From NCBI GenBank assembly GCA_964016885.1, contig OZ024741.1, positions 397,916,001 through 397,980,000 of the forward strand: 64,000 nt of DNA, given 5' to 3'. The notes beneath the pieces were generated by a model. That model did not search any database, was not told the origin of the DNA, and was given only the letters and a program-made list of their open reading frames with translations. Of this stretch, positions 30,001 to 45,000 are shown one piece after another (within the stretch, counting starts at the first letter, position 1; every line of letters starts with the position of its first letter). The position numbers and the translations under genes are program-made. This stretch comes from Eledone cirrhosa (taxonomy: Eukaryota).

Positions 30001-33000
30001 CCTAGTATCTACTAAACTATATCTTACACTCTCTACTCCCTCTATAGTCACCTAGTCTAAACTAAACTATATCTTACACTCTCTACTCCCTCAATAGTCA
30101 CCTAGTAGCTACTAAACTATATCTTAGTCTCTCTAGACCCTCAATAGTCACCTAGTATCTACTAAACTATATCTTAGTCTCTCTTGTCCCTCAATTGTCA
30201 TCTAGTATCTACTAAACTATATCTTAGTCTCTCTACTCCCTCAATAGTCACCTAGTATCTACTAAACTACATCTTAGTCTCACTTGTCCCTCAATAGTCA
30301 CCTAGTATCTACTAAACTATATCTTTGTCTCTCTACTCCCTAAATAGTCACCTAGTATCTACTAAACTATATCTTAGTCTCTCTACTCCCTCAATAGTCA
30401 CCTAGTATCTACTACACTACATCTTAGTCTCTCTACTCCCTCAATAGTCACCTAGTATCTACTAAACTATATCTTAGTCTCTCTAGTCCCTCAATAGTCA
30501 CCTAGTATCTACTAAACTATATCTTAGTCTCTCTACTCCCTCAATAGTCACCTAGTATCTACTAAACTATATCTTAGTCTTTCTTCTCCCTCAATAGTCA
30601 CCTAGTATCTACTAAACTATATCTTAGTCTCTCTACTCCCTCAATAGTCACCTATTAGCTACTAAACTATATCTTAGTCTCTCTAGTCCCTTAATAGTCA
30701 CCTAGTATCTACTAAACTATATCTTAATCTCTCTACTCCCTCAATAGTCACCTAGTATCTACTAAACTATATCTTAGTCTCTCTAGTCCCTCAATAGTCA
30801 CCTAGTATCTACTAAACTATATCTTAGTCTCTCTAGTCCCTCAATAGTGAACCTAGTATCTACTAAACTATATCTTACACTCTCTACTCCCTCTATAGTC
30901 ACCTAGTCTAAACTAAACTATATCTTACACTCTCTACTCCCTCAATAGTCACCTAGTAGCTACTAAACTATATCTTAGTCTCTCTTGTCCCTCAATTGTC
31001 ACCTAGTATCTACTAAACTATATCTTAGTCTCTCTACTCCCTCAATAGTCACCTAGTATCTACTAAACTACATCTTAGTCTCACTTGTCCCTCAATAGTC
31101 ACCTAGTATCTACTAAACTATATCTTTGTCTCTCTACTCCTTAAATAGTCACCTAGTATCTACTAAACTATATCTTAGTCTCTCTACTCCCTCAATAGTC
31201 ACCTAGTATCTACTAAACTACATCTTAGTCTCTCTACTCCCTCAATAGTCACCTAGTATCTACTAAACTATATCTTCGTCTCTCTACTCCTTCAATAGTC
31301 ACCTAGTATCTACTAAACTATATCTTTGTCTCTCTACTCCCTCAATAGTCACCTAGTATCTACTAAACTATATCTTCGTCTCTCTACTCCTTCAATAGTC
31401 ACCTAGTACCTACTAAACTATATCTTTGTCTCTCTACTCCCTCAATAGTCACCTAGTATCTACTGAACTATATCTTAGTCTCTCTAGTCCCTCAATAGTC
31501 ACCTAGTATCTACTAAACTATATCTTAGTCTCTCTACTCCCTCAATAGTCACATAGTATCTACTAAACTACATCTTAGACTCTCTAGTCCCTCAATAGTC
31601 ACCTAGTATGTACTAAACTATATCTTACACTCTCTATTCCCTCAATAGTCACCTAGTATCTACTAAACTATATCTTACACTCTCTATTCCCTCAATAGTC
31701 ACCTAGTATCTACTAAACTATATCTTAGTCTCTCTAGTCCCTCAATAGTCACCTCATATCTACTAAACTATATCTTACACTCTCTACTCCCTCAATAGGC
31801 ACCTAGTATCTACTAAACTACATCTTAGTCTCTCTAGTCCCTCAATAGTCACCTAGTATCTACTAAACTATATCTTAGTCTCTCTAGTCCCTCAATAGTG
31901 AACCTAGTATCTACTAAACTATATCTTACACTCTCTACTCCCTCAATAGTCACCTAGTATAAACTAAACTATACCTTACACTCTCTACTCCCTCAATAGT
32001 CACCTAGTATCTACTAAACTATATCTTAGTCTCTCTAGTCCCTCAATCGTCACCTAGTATCTACTAAACTATATCTTAGTCTCTCTAGTCCCTTAATAGT
32101 CACCTAGTATCTACTAAATTATATCTTAATCTCTCTACTCCCTCAATAGTCACCTAGTATCTACTAAACTATATCTTACACTCTCTACTCCCTTAATAGT
32201 CACCTAGTATCTACTAAACTATATCTTAGTCTCTCTAGTCCCTCAATCGTCACCTAGTATCTACTAAACTATATCTTAGTCTCTCTTGTCCCTCAATTGT
32301 CACCTAGTATCTACTAAACTATATCTTAGTCTCTCTACTCCCTCAATAGTCACCTAGTATCTACTAAACTACATCTTAGTCTCACTAGTCCCTCAATAGT
32401 CACCTACTATCTACTAAACTATATCTTAGTCTCTCTACTCCCTAAATAGTCACCTAGTATCTACTAAACTATATCTTAGTCTCTCTACTCCCTCAATAGT
32501 CACCTAGTATCTACTAAACTACATCTTAGTCTCTCTACTCCCTCAATAATCACCTAGTATCTACTAAACTATATCTTAGTCTCTCTTCTCCCTTAATAGT
32601 CACCTAGTATATACTAAACGACATCTTAGTCTCTATACTCCCTCAATAGTCACCTATTAGCTACTAAACTATATCTTAGTCTCTCTACTCCCTCAATAGT
32701 CACCTAGTATCTACTAAACTATATCTTAGTCTCTCTAGTCCCTCAATAGTCACCTAGTATCTACTAAACTATATCTTCGTCTCTCTACTCCTTCAATAGT
32801 CACCTAGTACCTACTAAACTATATCTTTGTCTCTCTACTCCCTCAATAGTCATCTAGTAGCTACTAAACTATATCTTAGTCTCTCTACTCCCTCAATAGT
32901 CACGTAGTATCTACTAAACTACATCTTAGACTCTGTAGTCCCTCAATAGTCACCTAGTATGTACTAAACTATATCTTACTCTCTCTAGTCCCTCAATAGT

Positions 33001-36000
33001 CACCTAGTATCTACTAAACTATATCTTGGTCTCTCTAGTCCCTCAATAGTCACCTAGTATCTACTAAACTATAAACTTAATCTCTCTACTCCCTCAATAG
33101 TCACCTAGTATCTACTGAAATATATCTTAGTCTCTCTAGTCCCTCAATAGTCACGTAGTATCTACTAAACTACATCTTAGACTCTCTAGTCCCTCAATAG
33201 TCACCTAGTATGTACTAAACTATATCTTACTCTTTCTAGTCCCTCAATAGTCATCTAGTATCTACTAAACTACATCTTAGTCACTCTAGTCCCTCAATTG
33301 TCACCTAGTATCTACTAAACTATAAACTTAATCTCTCTACTCCCTCAATAGTCACCTAGTATCTACTAAACTATATCTTAGTCTCTCTAGTCCCTCAATA
33401 GTCACCTAGTATCTACTAAACTATATCTTAGTCTCTCTACTCCCTCAATAGTCACCTAGTATCTACTAGACTACATCTTAGTCTCTTTAGTCCCTCAATA
33501 GTCACCTAGTATCTACTAAACTACATCTTAGTCTCTCTAGTCCCACAATAGTCACCTATTATCTACTAAACTATATCTTAGTCTCTCTAGTCCCTCAATA
33601 GTCACCTTGTATCTACTAAACTACATCTTAGTCTCTCTAGTCCCTCAATAGTCACCTAGTATCTACTAAACTACATCTTAGTCTCTCTAGTCCCTCAATA
33701 GTCACCTAGTAGCCACTAAACTATATCTTAGTCTCTCTACTCCCTCAATAGTCACATAGTCTCTACTAAACTACATCTTAGTCCCTCTAGTCCCTCAATA
33801 GTCACCTAGTATCTACTAAACTATATCTTACTCTCTCTAGTCCCTCAATAGTCACCTAGTATCTACTAAACTATATCTTAGTCTCTCTAGTCCCTCAATA
33901 GTCACCTAGTATCTACTAAACTATATCTTAGTCTCTCTACTCCCTCAATAGTCACCTAGTATCTACTAAACTATATCTTAGTCTCTCTTCTCCCTTAATA
34001 GTCACCTAGTATCTACTAAACGACATCTTAGTCTCTCTACTCCCTCAATAGTCACCTATTAGCTACTAAACTATATCTTAGTCTCTCTACTCCCTCAATA
34101 GTCACTTAGTATCTACTAAACTACATCTTAGTCTCTCTAGTCCCTCAATAGTCACCTAGTATCTACTAACCTATATCTTAGTCTCTCTACTCCCTCAATA
34201 GTCACCTAGTATCTACTAAACTATATCTTAGACTCTCTAGTCCTTCAATAGTCACCTAGAATCTACTAAACTATATCTAACACTCTCTACTCCCTCAATA
34301 GTCACCTAATATCTACTAAATTATATCTTACACTCTCTACTCCCTCAATAGGCACCTAGTATCTACAAAACTACATCTTAGTCTCTCTACTCCCTCAATA
34401 GTCAATTAGTATCTACTAAACTATATTTTAGTCTCTCTACTCCCTCAATAGTCACCTAGTATCTACTAAACTATATCTTAGTCTCTCTACTCCCTCAATA
34501 GTCACCTAGTATCTACTAAACTACATCGTAGTCTCTCTACTCCCTTAATAGTCACCTAGTATCTACTACACTATATCTTAGTCTCTCTACTCCCTCAATA
34601 GTCACCTAGTATCTACTAAACTATATCTTAGTCTCTCTAGTCCCTCAATAGTCACCTAGTATCTACTAAACTATATCTTAGTCTTTCTAGTCCCTCAATA
34701 GTCACCTAGTATCTACTAAACTACATCTTAGTCTCTCTCGTCCCTCAATTGTCACCTAGTATCTACTAAACTACATCTTAGTCTCTCTAGTCCCTCAATT
34801 GTCACCTAGTATCTACTAAACTATAATCTTAATCTCTCTACTCTCTCAATAGTCACCTAGTATCTACTAAACTATATCTTAGTCTCTCTAGTCCCTCAAT
34901 AGTCACCTAGTATCTACTAAACTATATGTTAGTCTTTCTAGTCCCTCAATAGTCACCTAGTATCTACTAAACTACATCTTAGTCTCTCTAGTCCCTCAAT
35001 TGTCACCTAGTATCTACTAAACTACATCTTAGTGTCTCTACTCCCTCAATAGTCACCTAGTATCTACTAAACTACATCTTAGAGTCTCTACTCCCTCAAT
35101 AGTCACCTAGTATCTACTAAACTATCTCTTAGTCTCTCTAGTCCCTCAATAGTCACCTAGTATCTACTAAACTATATCTTAGTCTCTCTACTCCCTCAAT
35201 AGTCACCTAGTATCTACTAAACTACATCTTAGTCTCTTTAGTCCCTCAATAGTCACCTAGTATCTACTAAACTACATCTTAGTCTCTCTAGTCCCACAAT
35301 AGTCACCTAGTATCTACTAAACTATATCTTAGTCTCTCTAGTCCCTCAATAGTCACCTAGTATCTACTAAACTATAAACTTAATCTCTCTACTCCCTCAA
35401 TAGTCACCTAGTATCTACTGAACTATATCTTAGTCTCTCTACTCCCTCAATAGTCACCTAGTATCTACTAAACTACATCTTAGTCTCTTTAGTCCCTCAA
35501 TAGTCACCTAGTATCTACTAAACTACATCTTAGTCTCTTTAGTCCCTCAATAGTCACCTAGTATCTACTAAACTACATCTTAGTCTCTCTAGTCCCACAA
35601 TAGTCACCTAGTATCTACTAAACTATATCTTAGTCTCTCTAGTCCCTCAATAGTCACCTTGTATCTACTAAACTACATCTTAGTCTCTCTAGTCCCTCAA
35701 TAGTCACCTAGTATCTACTAAACTACATCTTAGTCTCTCTAGTCCCTCAATAGTCACCTAGTAGCTACTAAACTATATCTTAGTCTCTCTACTCCCTCAA
35801 TAGTCACATAGTGTCTACTAAACTACATCTTAGTCTCTCTAGTCCCTCAATAGTCACCTAGTATCTACTAAACTATATCTTACTCTCTCTAGTCCCTCAA
35901 TAGTCACCTAGTATCTACTAAACTATATCTTAGTCTCTCTAGTCCCTCAATAGTCACCTAGTATCTACTAAACTACATCTTAGTCTCTCTCGTCCCTCAA

Positions 36001-39000
36001 TTGTCACCTAGTATCTACTAAACTACATCTTAGTCTCTCTAGTCCCTCAATTGTCACCTAGTATCTACTAAACTATAATCTTAATCTCTCTACTCCCTCA
36101 ATAGTCACCTAGTATCTACTAAACTATATCTTAGTCTCTCTAGTCCCTCAATAGTCACCTAGTATCTACTAAACTATATGTTAGTCTTTCTAGTCCCTCA
36201 ATAGTCACCTAGTATCTACTAAACTACATCTTAGTCTCTCTAGTCCCTCAATTGTCACGTAGTATCTACTAAACTACATCTTAGACTCTCTAGTCCCTCA
36301 ATAGTCACCTAGTATGTACTAAACTATATCTTAGTCTTTCTAGTCCCTCAATAGTCATCTAGTATCTACTAAACTACATCTTAGTCACTCTAGTCCCTCA
36401 ATTGTCACCTAGTATCTACTAAACTATAAACTTAATCTCTCTACTCCCTCAATAGTCACCTAGTATCTACTAAACTATATCTTAGTCTCTCTAGTCCCTC
36501 AATAATCACCTAGTATCTACTAAACTATATCTTAGTCTCTCTAGTCCCTCAATAGTCACTTAGTATCTACTAAACTACATCTTAGTCTCTCTAGTCCCTC
36601 AATAGTCACCTAGTATCTACTAAACTATATCTTAGTCTCTCTACTCCCTCAATAGTCACCTAGTATCTACTAAACTACATCTTAGTCTCTTTAGTCCCTC
36701 AATAGTCACCTAGTATCTACTAAACTACATCTTAGTCTCTCTAGTCCCACAATAGTCACCTAGTATCTACTAAACTATATCTTAGTCTCTCTAGTCCCTC
36801 AATAGTCACCTTGTATCTACTAAACTACATCTTAGTCTCTCTAGTCCCTCAATAGTCACCAATATCTACTAAACTACATCTTAGTCTCTCTAGTCCCTCA
36901 ATAGTCACCTAGTAGCTACTAAACTATATCTTAGTCTCTCTACTCCCTCAATAGTCACATAGTGTCTACTAAACTACATCTTAGTCTCTCTAGTCCCTCA
37001 ATAGTCACCTAGTATCTACTAAACTATATCTTACTCTCTCTAGTCCCTCAATAGTCACCTAGTATCTACTAAACTATATCTTAGTCTCTCTAGTCCCTCA
37101 ATAGTCACCTAGTATCTACTAAACTATATCTTAGTCTCTCTACTCCCTCAATAGTCACCTAGTATCTACTAAACTACATCTTAGTCTCTCTACTCCCTCA
37201 ATAATCACCTAGTATCTACTAAACTATATCTTAGTCTCTCTTCTCCCTTAATAGTCACCTAGTATCTACTAAACGACATCTTAGTCTCTCTACTCCCTCA
37301 ATAGTCACCTATTAGCTACTAAACTATATCTTAGTCTCTCTACTCCCTCAATAGTCACCTAGTATCTACTAAACTATATCTTAGTCTCTCTAGTCCCTCA
37401 ATAGTCACCTAGTATCTACTAAACTATATCTTCGTCTCTCTACTCCTTCAATAGTCACCTAGTACCTACTAAACTATATCTTTGTCTCTCTACTCCCTCA
37501 ATAGTCATCTAGTAGCTACTAAACTATATCTTAGTCTCTCTACTCCCTCAATAGTCACGTAGTATCTAATAAACTACATCTTAGACTCTCTAGTCCCTCA
37601 ATAGTCCCCTAGTATGTACTAAACTATATCTTACTCTCTCTAGTCCCTCAATAGTCACCTAGTATCTACTAAACTATATCTTGGTCTCTCTAGTCCCTCA
37701 ATAGTCACCTAGTATCTACTAAACTATATCTTAGTCTTTCTAGTCCCTCAATAGTCATCTAGTATCTATTAAACTACATCTTAGTCTCTCTAGTCTCTCA
37801 ATTGTCAACTAGTATCTTCTAAACTACATCTTAGTCACTCTAGTCTCTCAATTGTCACCTAGTATCTACTAAACTATAAACTTAATCTTTCTACTCCCTC
37901 AATAGTCACCTAGTATCTACTAAGCTATATCTTAGTCTCTCTAGTCCCTCAATAATCACCTAGTATCTACTAAACTATATCTTAGTCTCTCTAGTCCCTC
38001 AATAGTCACTTAGTATCTACTAAACTACATCCTAGTCTCTCTAGTCCCTCAATAGTCACCTAGTATCTACTAACCTATATCTTAGTCTCTCTACTCCCTC
38101 AATAGTCACCTAGTATCTACTAAACTATATCTTAGACTCTCTAGTCCTTCAATAGTCACCTAGAATCTACTAAACTATATCTGACACTCTCTACTCCCTC
38201 AATAGTCACCTAATATCTACTAAATTATATCTTACACTCTCTACTCCCTCAATAGGCACCTAGTATCTACAAAACTACATCTTAGTCTCTCTACTCCCTC
38301 AATAGTCACCTAGTATCTACTAAACTATATCTTAGTCTCTCTACTCCCTCAATAGTCACCTAGTATCTACTAAACTACATCGTAGTCTCTCTACTCCCTT
38401 AATAGTCACCTAGTATCTACTACACTATATCTTAGTCTCTCTACTCCCTCAATAGTCACCTAGTATCTACTAAACTATATCTTAGTCTCTCTAGTCCCTC
38501 AATAGTCACCTAGTATCTACTAAACTATATCTTAGTCTTTCTAGTCCCTCAATAGTCACCTAGTATCTACTAAACTACATCTTAGTCTCTCTCGTCCCTC
38601 AATTGTCACCTAGTATCTACTAAACTACATCTTAGTCTCTCTAGTCCCTCAATTGTCACCTAGTATCTACTAAACTATAATCTTAATCTCTCTACTCCCT
38701 CAATAGTCACCTAGTATCTACTAAACTATATCTTAGTCTCTCTAGTCCCTCAATAGTCACCTAGTATCTACTAAACTATATGTTAGTCTTTCTAGTCCCT
38801 CAATAGTCACCTAGTATCTACTAAACTACATCTTAGTGTCTCTACTCCCTCAATAGTCACCTAGTATCTACTAAACTACATCTTAGTGTCTCTAGTCCCT
38901 CAATAGTCACGTAGTATCTACTAAACTACATCTTAGACTCTCTAGTCCCTCAATAGTCACCTAGTATGTACTAAACTATATCTTAGTCTTTCTAGTCCCT

Positions 39001-42000
39001 CAATAGTCATCTAGTATCTACTAAACTACATCTTAGTCACTCTAGTCCCTCAATTGTCACCTAGTATCTACTAAACTATAAACTTAATCTCTCTACTCCC
39101 TCAATAGTCACCTAGTATCTACTAAACTATATCTTAGTCTCTCTAGTCCCTCAATAATCACCTAGTATCTACTAAACTATATCTTAGTCTCTCTAGTCCC
39201 TCAATAGTCACTTAGTATCTACTAAACTACATCTTAGTCTCTCTAGTCCCACAATAGTCACCTAGTATCTACTAAACTATATCTTAGTCTCTCTAGTCCC
39301 TCAATAGTCACCTTGTATCTACTAAACTACATCTTAGTCTCTCTAGTCCCTCAATAGTCACCTAGTATCTACTAAACTACATCTTAGTCTCTCTAGTCCC
39401 TCAATAGTCACCTAGTAGCTACTAAACTATATCTTAGTCTCTCTACTCCCTCAATAGTCACATAGTGTCTACTAAACTACATCTTAGTCTCTCTAGTCCC
39501 TCAATAGTCACCTAGTATCTACTAAACTATATCTTACTCTCTCTAGTCCCTCAATAGTCACCTAGTATCTACTAAACTATATCTTAGTCTCTCTAGTCCC
39601 TCAATAGTCACCTAGTATCTACTAAACTATATCTTAGTCTCTCTACTCCCTCAATAGTCACCTAGTATCTACTAAACTACATCTTAGTCTCTCTACTCCC
39701 TCAATAATCACCTAGTATCTACTAAACTATAGCTTAGTCTCTCTTCTCCCTTAATAGTCACCTAGTATCTACTAAACGACATCTTAGTCTCTCTACTCCC
39801 TCAATAGTCACCTATTAGCTACTAAACTATATCTTAGTCTCTCTACTCCCTCAATAGTCACCTAGTATCTACTAAACTATATCTTAGTCTCTCTAGTCCC
39901 TCAATAGTCACCTAGTATCTACTAAACTATATCTTCGTCTCTCTACTCCTTCAATAGTCACCTAGTACCTACTAAACTATATATTTGTCTCTCTACTCCC
40001 TCAATAGTCATCTAGTAGCTACTAAACTATATCTTAGTCTCTCTACTCCCTCAATAGTCACGTAGTATCTAATAAACTACATCTTAGACTCTCTAGTCCC
40101 TCAATAGTCCCCTAGTATGTACTAAACTATATCTTACTCTCTCTAGTCCCTCAATAGTCACCTAGTATCTACTAAACTATATCTTGGTCTCTCTAGTCCC
40201 TCAATAGTCACCTAGTATCGACTAAACTATATCTTAGTCTTTCTAGTCCCTCAATAGTCATCTAGTATCTACTAAACTACATCTTAGTCTCTCTAGTCTC
40301 TCAATTGTCAACTAGTATCTACTAAACTACATCTTAGTCACTCTAGTCTCTCAATTGTCACCTAGTATCTACTAAACTATAAACTTAATCTTTCTACTCC
40401 CTCAATAGTCACCTAGTATCTACTAAACTATATCTTAGTCTCTCTAGTCCCTCAATAATCACCTAGTATCTACTAAACTCTATCTTAGTCTCTCTAGTCC
40501 CTCAATAGTCACTTAGTATCTACTAATCTACATCCTAGTCTCTCTAGTCCCTCAATAGTCACCTAGTATCTACTAACCTATATCATAGTCTCTCTACTCC
40601 CTCAATAGTCACCTAGTATCTACTAAACTATATCTTAGACTCTCTAGTCATTCAATAGTCACCTAGAATCTACTAAACTATATCTGACACTCTCTACTCC
40701 CTCAATAGTCACCTAATATCTACTAAATTATATCTTACACTCTCTACTCCCTCAATAGGCACCTAGTATCTACCAAACTACATCTTAGTCTCTCTACTCC
40801 CTCAATAGTCACCTAGTATCTACTAAACTATATCTTAGTCTCTCTACTCCCTCAATAGTCACCTAGTATCTACTAAACTACATCGTAGTTTCTCTACTCC
40901 CTTAATAGTCACCTAGTATCTACTACACTATATCTTAGTCTCTCTACTCCCTCAATAGTCACCTAGTATCTACTAAACTATATCTTAGTCTCTCTAGTCC
41001 CTCAATAGTCACCTAGTATCTACTAAACTATATCTTAGTCTTTCTAGTCCCTCAATAGTCACCTAGTATCTACTAAACTACATCTTAGTCTCTCTCGTCC
41101 CTCAATTGTCACCTAGTATCTACTAAACTACATCTTAGTCTCTCTAGTCCCTCAATTGTCACCTAGTATCTACTAAACTATAATCTTAATCTCTCTACTC
41201 CCTCAATAGTCACCTAGTATCTACTAAACTATATCTTAGTCTCTCTAGTCCCTCAATAGTCACCTAGTATCTACTAAACTATATGTTAGTCTTTCTAGTC
41301 CCTCAATAGTCACCTAGTATCTACTAAACTACATCTTAGTCTCTCTAGTCCCTCAATTGTCACCTAGTATCTACTAAACTACATCTTAGTGTCTCTACTC
41401 CCTCAATAGTCACCTAGTATCTACTAAACTACATCTTAGAGTCTCTACTCCCTCAATAGTCACCTAGTATCTACTAAACTATCTCTTAGTCTCTCTAGTC
41501 CCTCAATAGTCACCTAGTATCTACTAAACTATATCTTAGTCTCTCTACTCCCTCAATAGTCACCTAGTATCTACTAAACTACATCTTAGTCTCTTTAGTC
41601 CCTCAATAGTCACCTAGTATCTACTAAACTACATCTTAGTCTCTCTAGTCCCACAATAGTCACCTAGTATCTACTAAACTATATCTTAGTCTCTCTAGTC
41701 CCTCAATAGTCACCTTGTATCTACTAAACTACATCTTAGTCTCTCTAGTCTCTCAATAGTCACCTTGTATCTACTAAACTACATCTTAGTCTCTCTAGTC
41801 CCTCAATAGTCACCTAGTAGCTACTAAACTATATCTTAGTCTCTCTACTCCCTCAATAGTCACATAGTCTCTACTAAACTACATCTTAGTCTCTCTAGTC
41901 CCTCAATAGTCACCTAGTATCTACTAAACTATATCTTACTCTCTCTAGTCCCTCAATAGTCACCTAGTATCTACTAAACTATATCTTAGTGTCTCTACTC

Positions 42001-45000
42001 CCTTAATAGTCACCTAGTATCTACTAAACTATATCTTAGTCTCTCTAGTCCCTCAATAGTCACCTAGTATCTACTAAACTATATCTAACACTCTCTACTC
42101 CCTCAATAGTCACCTAGTATCTACTAAACTACATCTTAGTCTCTCTAGTCCCTCAATAGTCACCTAGTATCTACTAAACTATATCTTAGTCTCTCTAGTC
42201 CCCAAATAGTAACCTAGTATCTACTAAACTATATCTTAATCTCTTTAGCCCCTCAATAGTCACCTAGTATCTACTAAACTATATCTTACACTCTCTACTC
42301 CCTCAATAGTCACCTAGTATCTACTAAACTATATTTTACACTCTCTACTCCCTCAATAGTCACCTAGTATCTACTAAACTATATTTTAGTCTCTCTACTC
42401 CCTCAATAGTCACCTAGTATCTACTAAACTACATCTTAATCTCTCTAGTCCCTCAATAGTCACCTAGTATCTACTAAACTATATCTTACTCTCTCTAGTC
42501 CCTCAATAGTCACCTAGTATCTACTAAACTATATCTTAGTCTCTCTAGTCCCTCAATAGTCACCTAGTATCTACTAAACTATATCTTAGTCTTTCTAATC
42601 CCTCAATAGTCACCTAGTATCTACTAAACTACATCTTAGTCTCTCTATTCCCTCAATTGTCACATAGTATCTACTAAACTACATCTTAGTGTCTCTACTC
42701 CCTTAATAGTCACCTAGTATCTACTAAACTATATCTTAGTCTCTCTAGTCCCTCAATAGTCACCTAGTATCTACTAAACTATATCTTAGTCTCTCTAGTC
42801 CCCAAATAGTAACCTAGTATCTACTAAACTACATCTTAGTCTCTCTAGTCCCTCAATTGTCACCTAGTATCTACTAAACTATAATCTTAATCTCTCTACT
42901 CCCTCAATAGTCACCTAGTATCTACTAAACTATATCTTAGTCTCTCTAGTCGCTCAATAGTCACCTAGTATCTACTAAACTATATGTTAGTCTTTCTAGT
43001 CCCTCAATAGTCACCTAGTATCTACTAAACTACATCTTAGTCTCTCTAGTCCCTCAATTGTCACCTAGTATCTACTAAACTACATCTTAGTGTCTCTACT
43101 CCCTCAATAGTCACCTAGTATCTACTAAACTACATCTTAGAGTCTCTACTCCCTCAATAGTCACCTAGTATCTACTAAACTATCTCTTAGTCTCTCTAGT
43201 CCCTCAATAGTCACCTAGTATCTACTAAACTGTATCTTAGTCTCTCTACTCCCTCAATAGTCACCTAGTATCTACTAAACTACATCTTAGTCTCTTTAGT
43301 CCCTCAATAGTCACCTAGTATCTACTAAACTACATCTTAGTCTCTCTAGTCCCACAATAGTCACCTAGTATCTACTAAACTATATCTTAGTCTCTCTAGT
43401 CCCTCAATAGTCACCTTGTATCTACTAAACTACATCTTAGTCTCTCTAGTCCCTCAATAGTCACCTTGTATCTACTAAACTACATCTTAGTCTCTCTAGT
43501 CCCTCAATAGTCACCTAGTAGCTACTAAACTATATCTTAGTCTCTCTACTCCCTCAATAGTCACATAGTCTCTACTAAACTACATCTTAGTCTCTCTAGT
43601 CCCTCAATAGTCACCTAGTATCTACTAAACTATATCTTACTCTCTCTAGTCCCTCAATAGTCACCTAGTATCTACTAAACTATATCTTAGTGTCTCTACT
43701 CCCTTAATAGTCACCTAGTATCTACTAAACTATATCTTAGTCTCTCTAGTCCCTCAATAGTCACCTAGTATCTACTAAACTATATCTAACACTCTCTACT
43801 CCCTCAATAGTCACCTAGTATCTACTAAACTACATCTTAGTCTCTCTAGTCCCTCAATAGTCACCTAGTATCTACTAAACTACATCTTAATCTCTCTAGT
43901 CCCTCAATAGTCACCTAGTATCTACTAAACTACATCTTAGTCTCTCTATTCCCTCAATTGTCACCTAGTATCTACTAAACTATATTTTAGTCTCTCTACT
44001 CCCTCAATAGTCACCTAGTATCTACTAAACTACATCTTAATCTCTCTAGTCCCTCAATAGTCACCTAGTATCTACTAAACTATATCTTACTCTCTCTAGT
44101 CCCTCAATAGTCACCTAGTATCTACTAAACTATATCTTAGTCTCTCTAGTCCCTCAATAGTCACCTAGTATCTACTAAACTATATCTTAGTCTTTCTAAT
44201 CCCTCAATAGTCACCTAGTATCTACTAAACTACATCTTAGTCTCTCTATTCCCTCAATTGTCACATAGTATCTACTAAACTATATCTTACTCTCTCTAGT
44301 CCCTCAATAGTCACCTAGTATCTACTAAACTATATCTTAGTGTCTCTACTCCCTTAATAGTCACCTAGTATCTACTAAACTATATCTTAGTCTCTCTAAT
44401 CCCTCAATAGTCACCTAGTATCTACTAAACTATATCTAACACTCTCTACTCCCTCAATAGTAACCTAGTATCTACTAAACTATATCTTAATCTCTTTAGC
44501 CCCTCAATAGTCACCTAGTATCTACTAAACTATATCTTACACTCTCTACTCCCTCAATAGTCACCTAGTATCTACTAAACTATATTTTACACTCTCTACT
44601 CCCTAAATAGTCACCTAGTATCTACTAAACTATATTTTAGTCTCTCTACTCCCTCAATAGTCACCTAGTATCTACTAAACTACATCTTAATCTCTCTAGT
44701 CCCTCAATAGTCACCTAGTATCTACTAAACTATATCTTACTCTCTCTAGTCCCTCAATAGTCACCTAGTATCTACTAAACTATATCTTAGTCTCTCTAGT
44801 CCCTCAATAGTCACCTAGTATCTACTAAACTATATCTTAGTCTTTCTAATCCCTCAATAGTCACCTAGTATCTACTAAACTACATCTTAGTCTCTCTATT
44901 CCCTCAATTGTCACATAGTATCTACTAAACTACATCTTAGTGTCTCTACTCCCTTAATAGTCACCTAGTATCTACTAAACTATATCTTAGTCTCTCTAGT

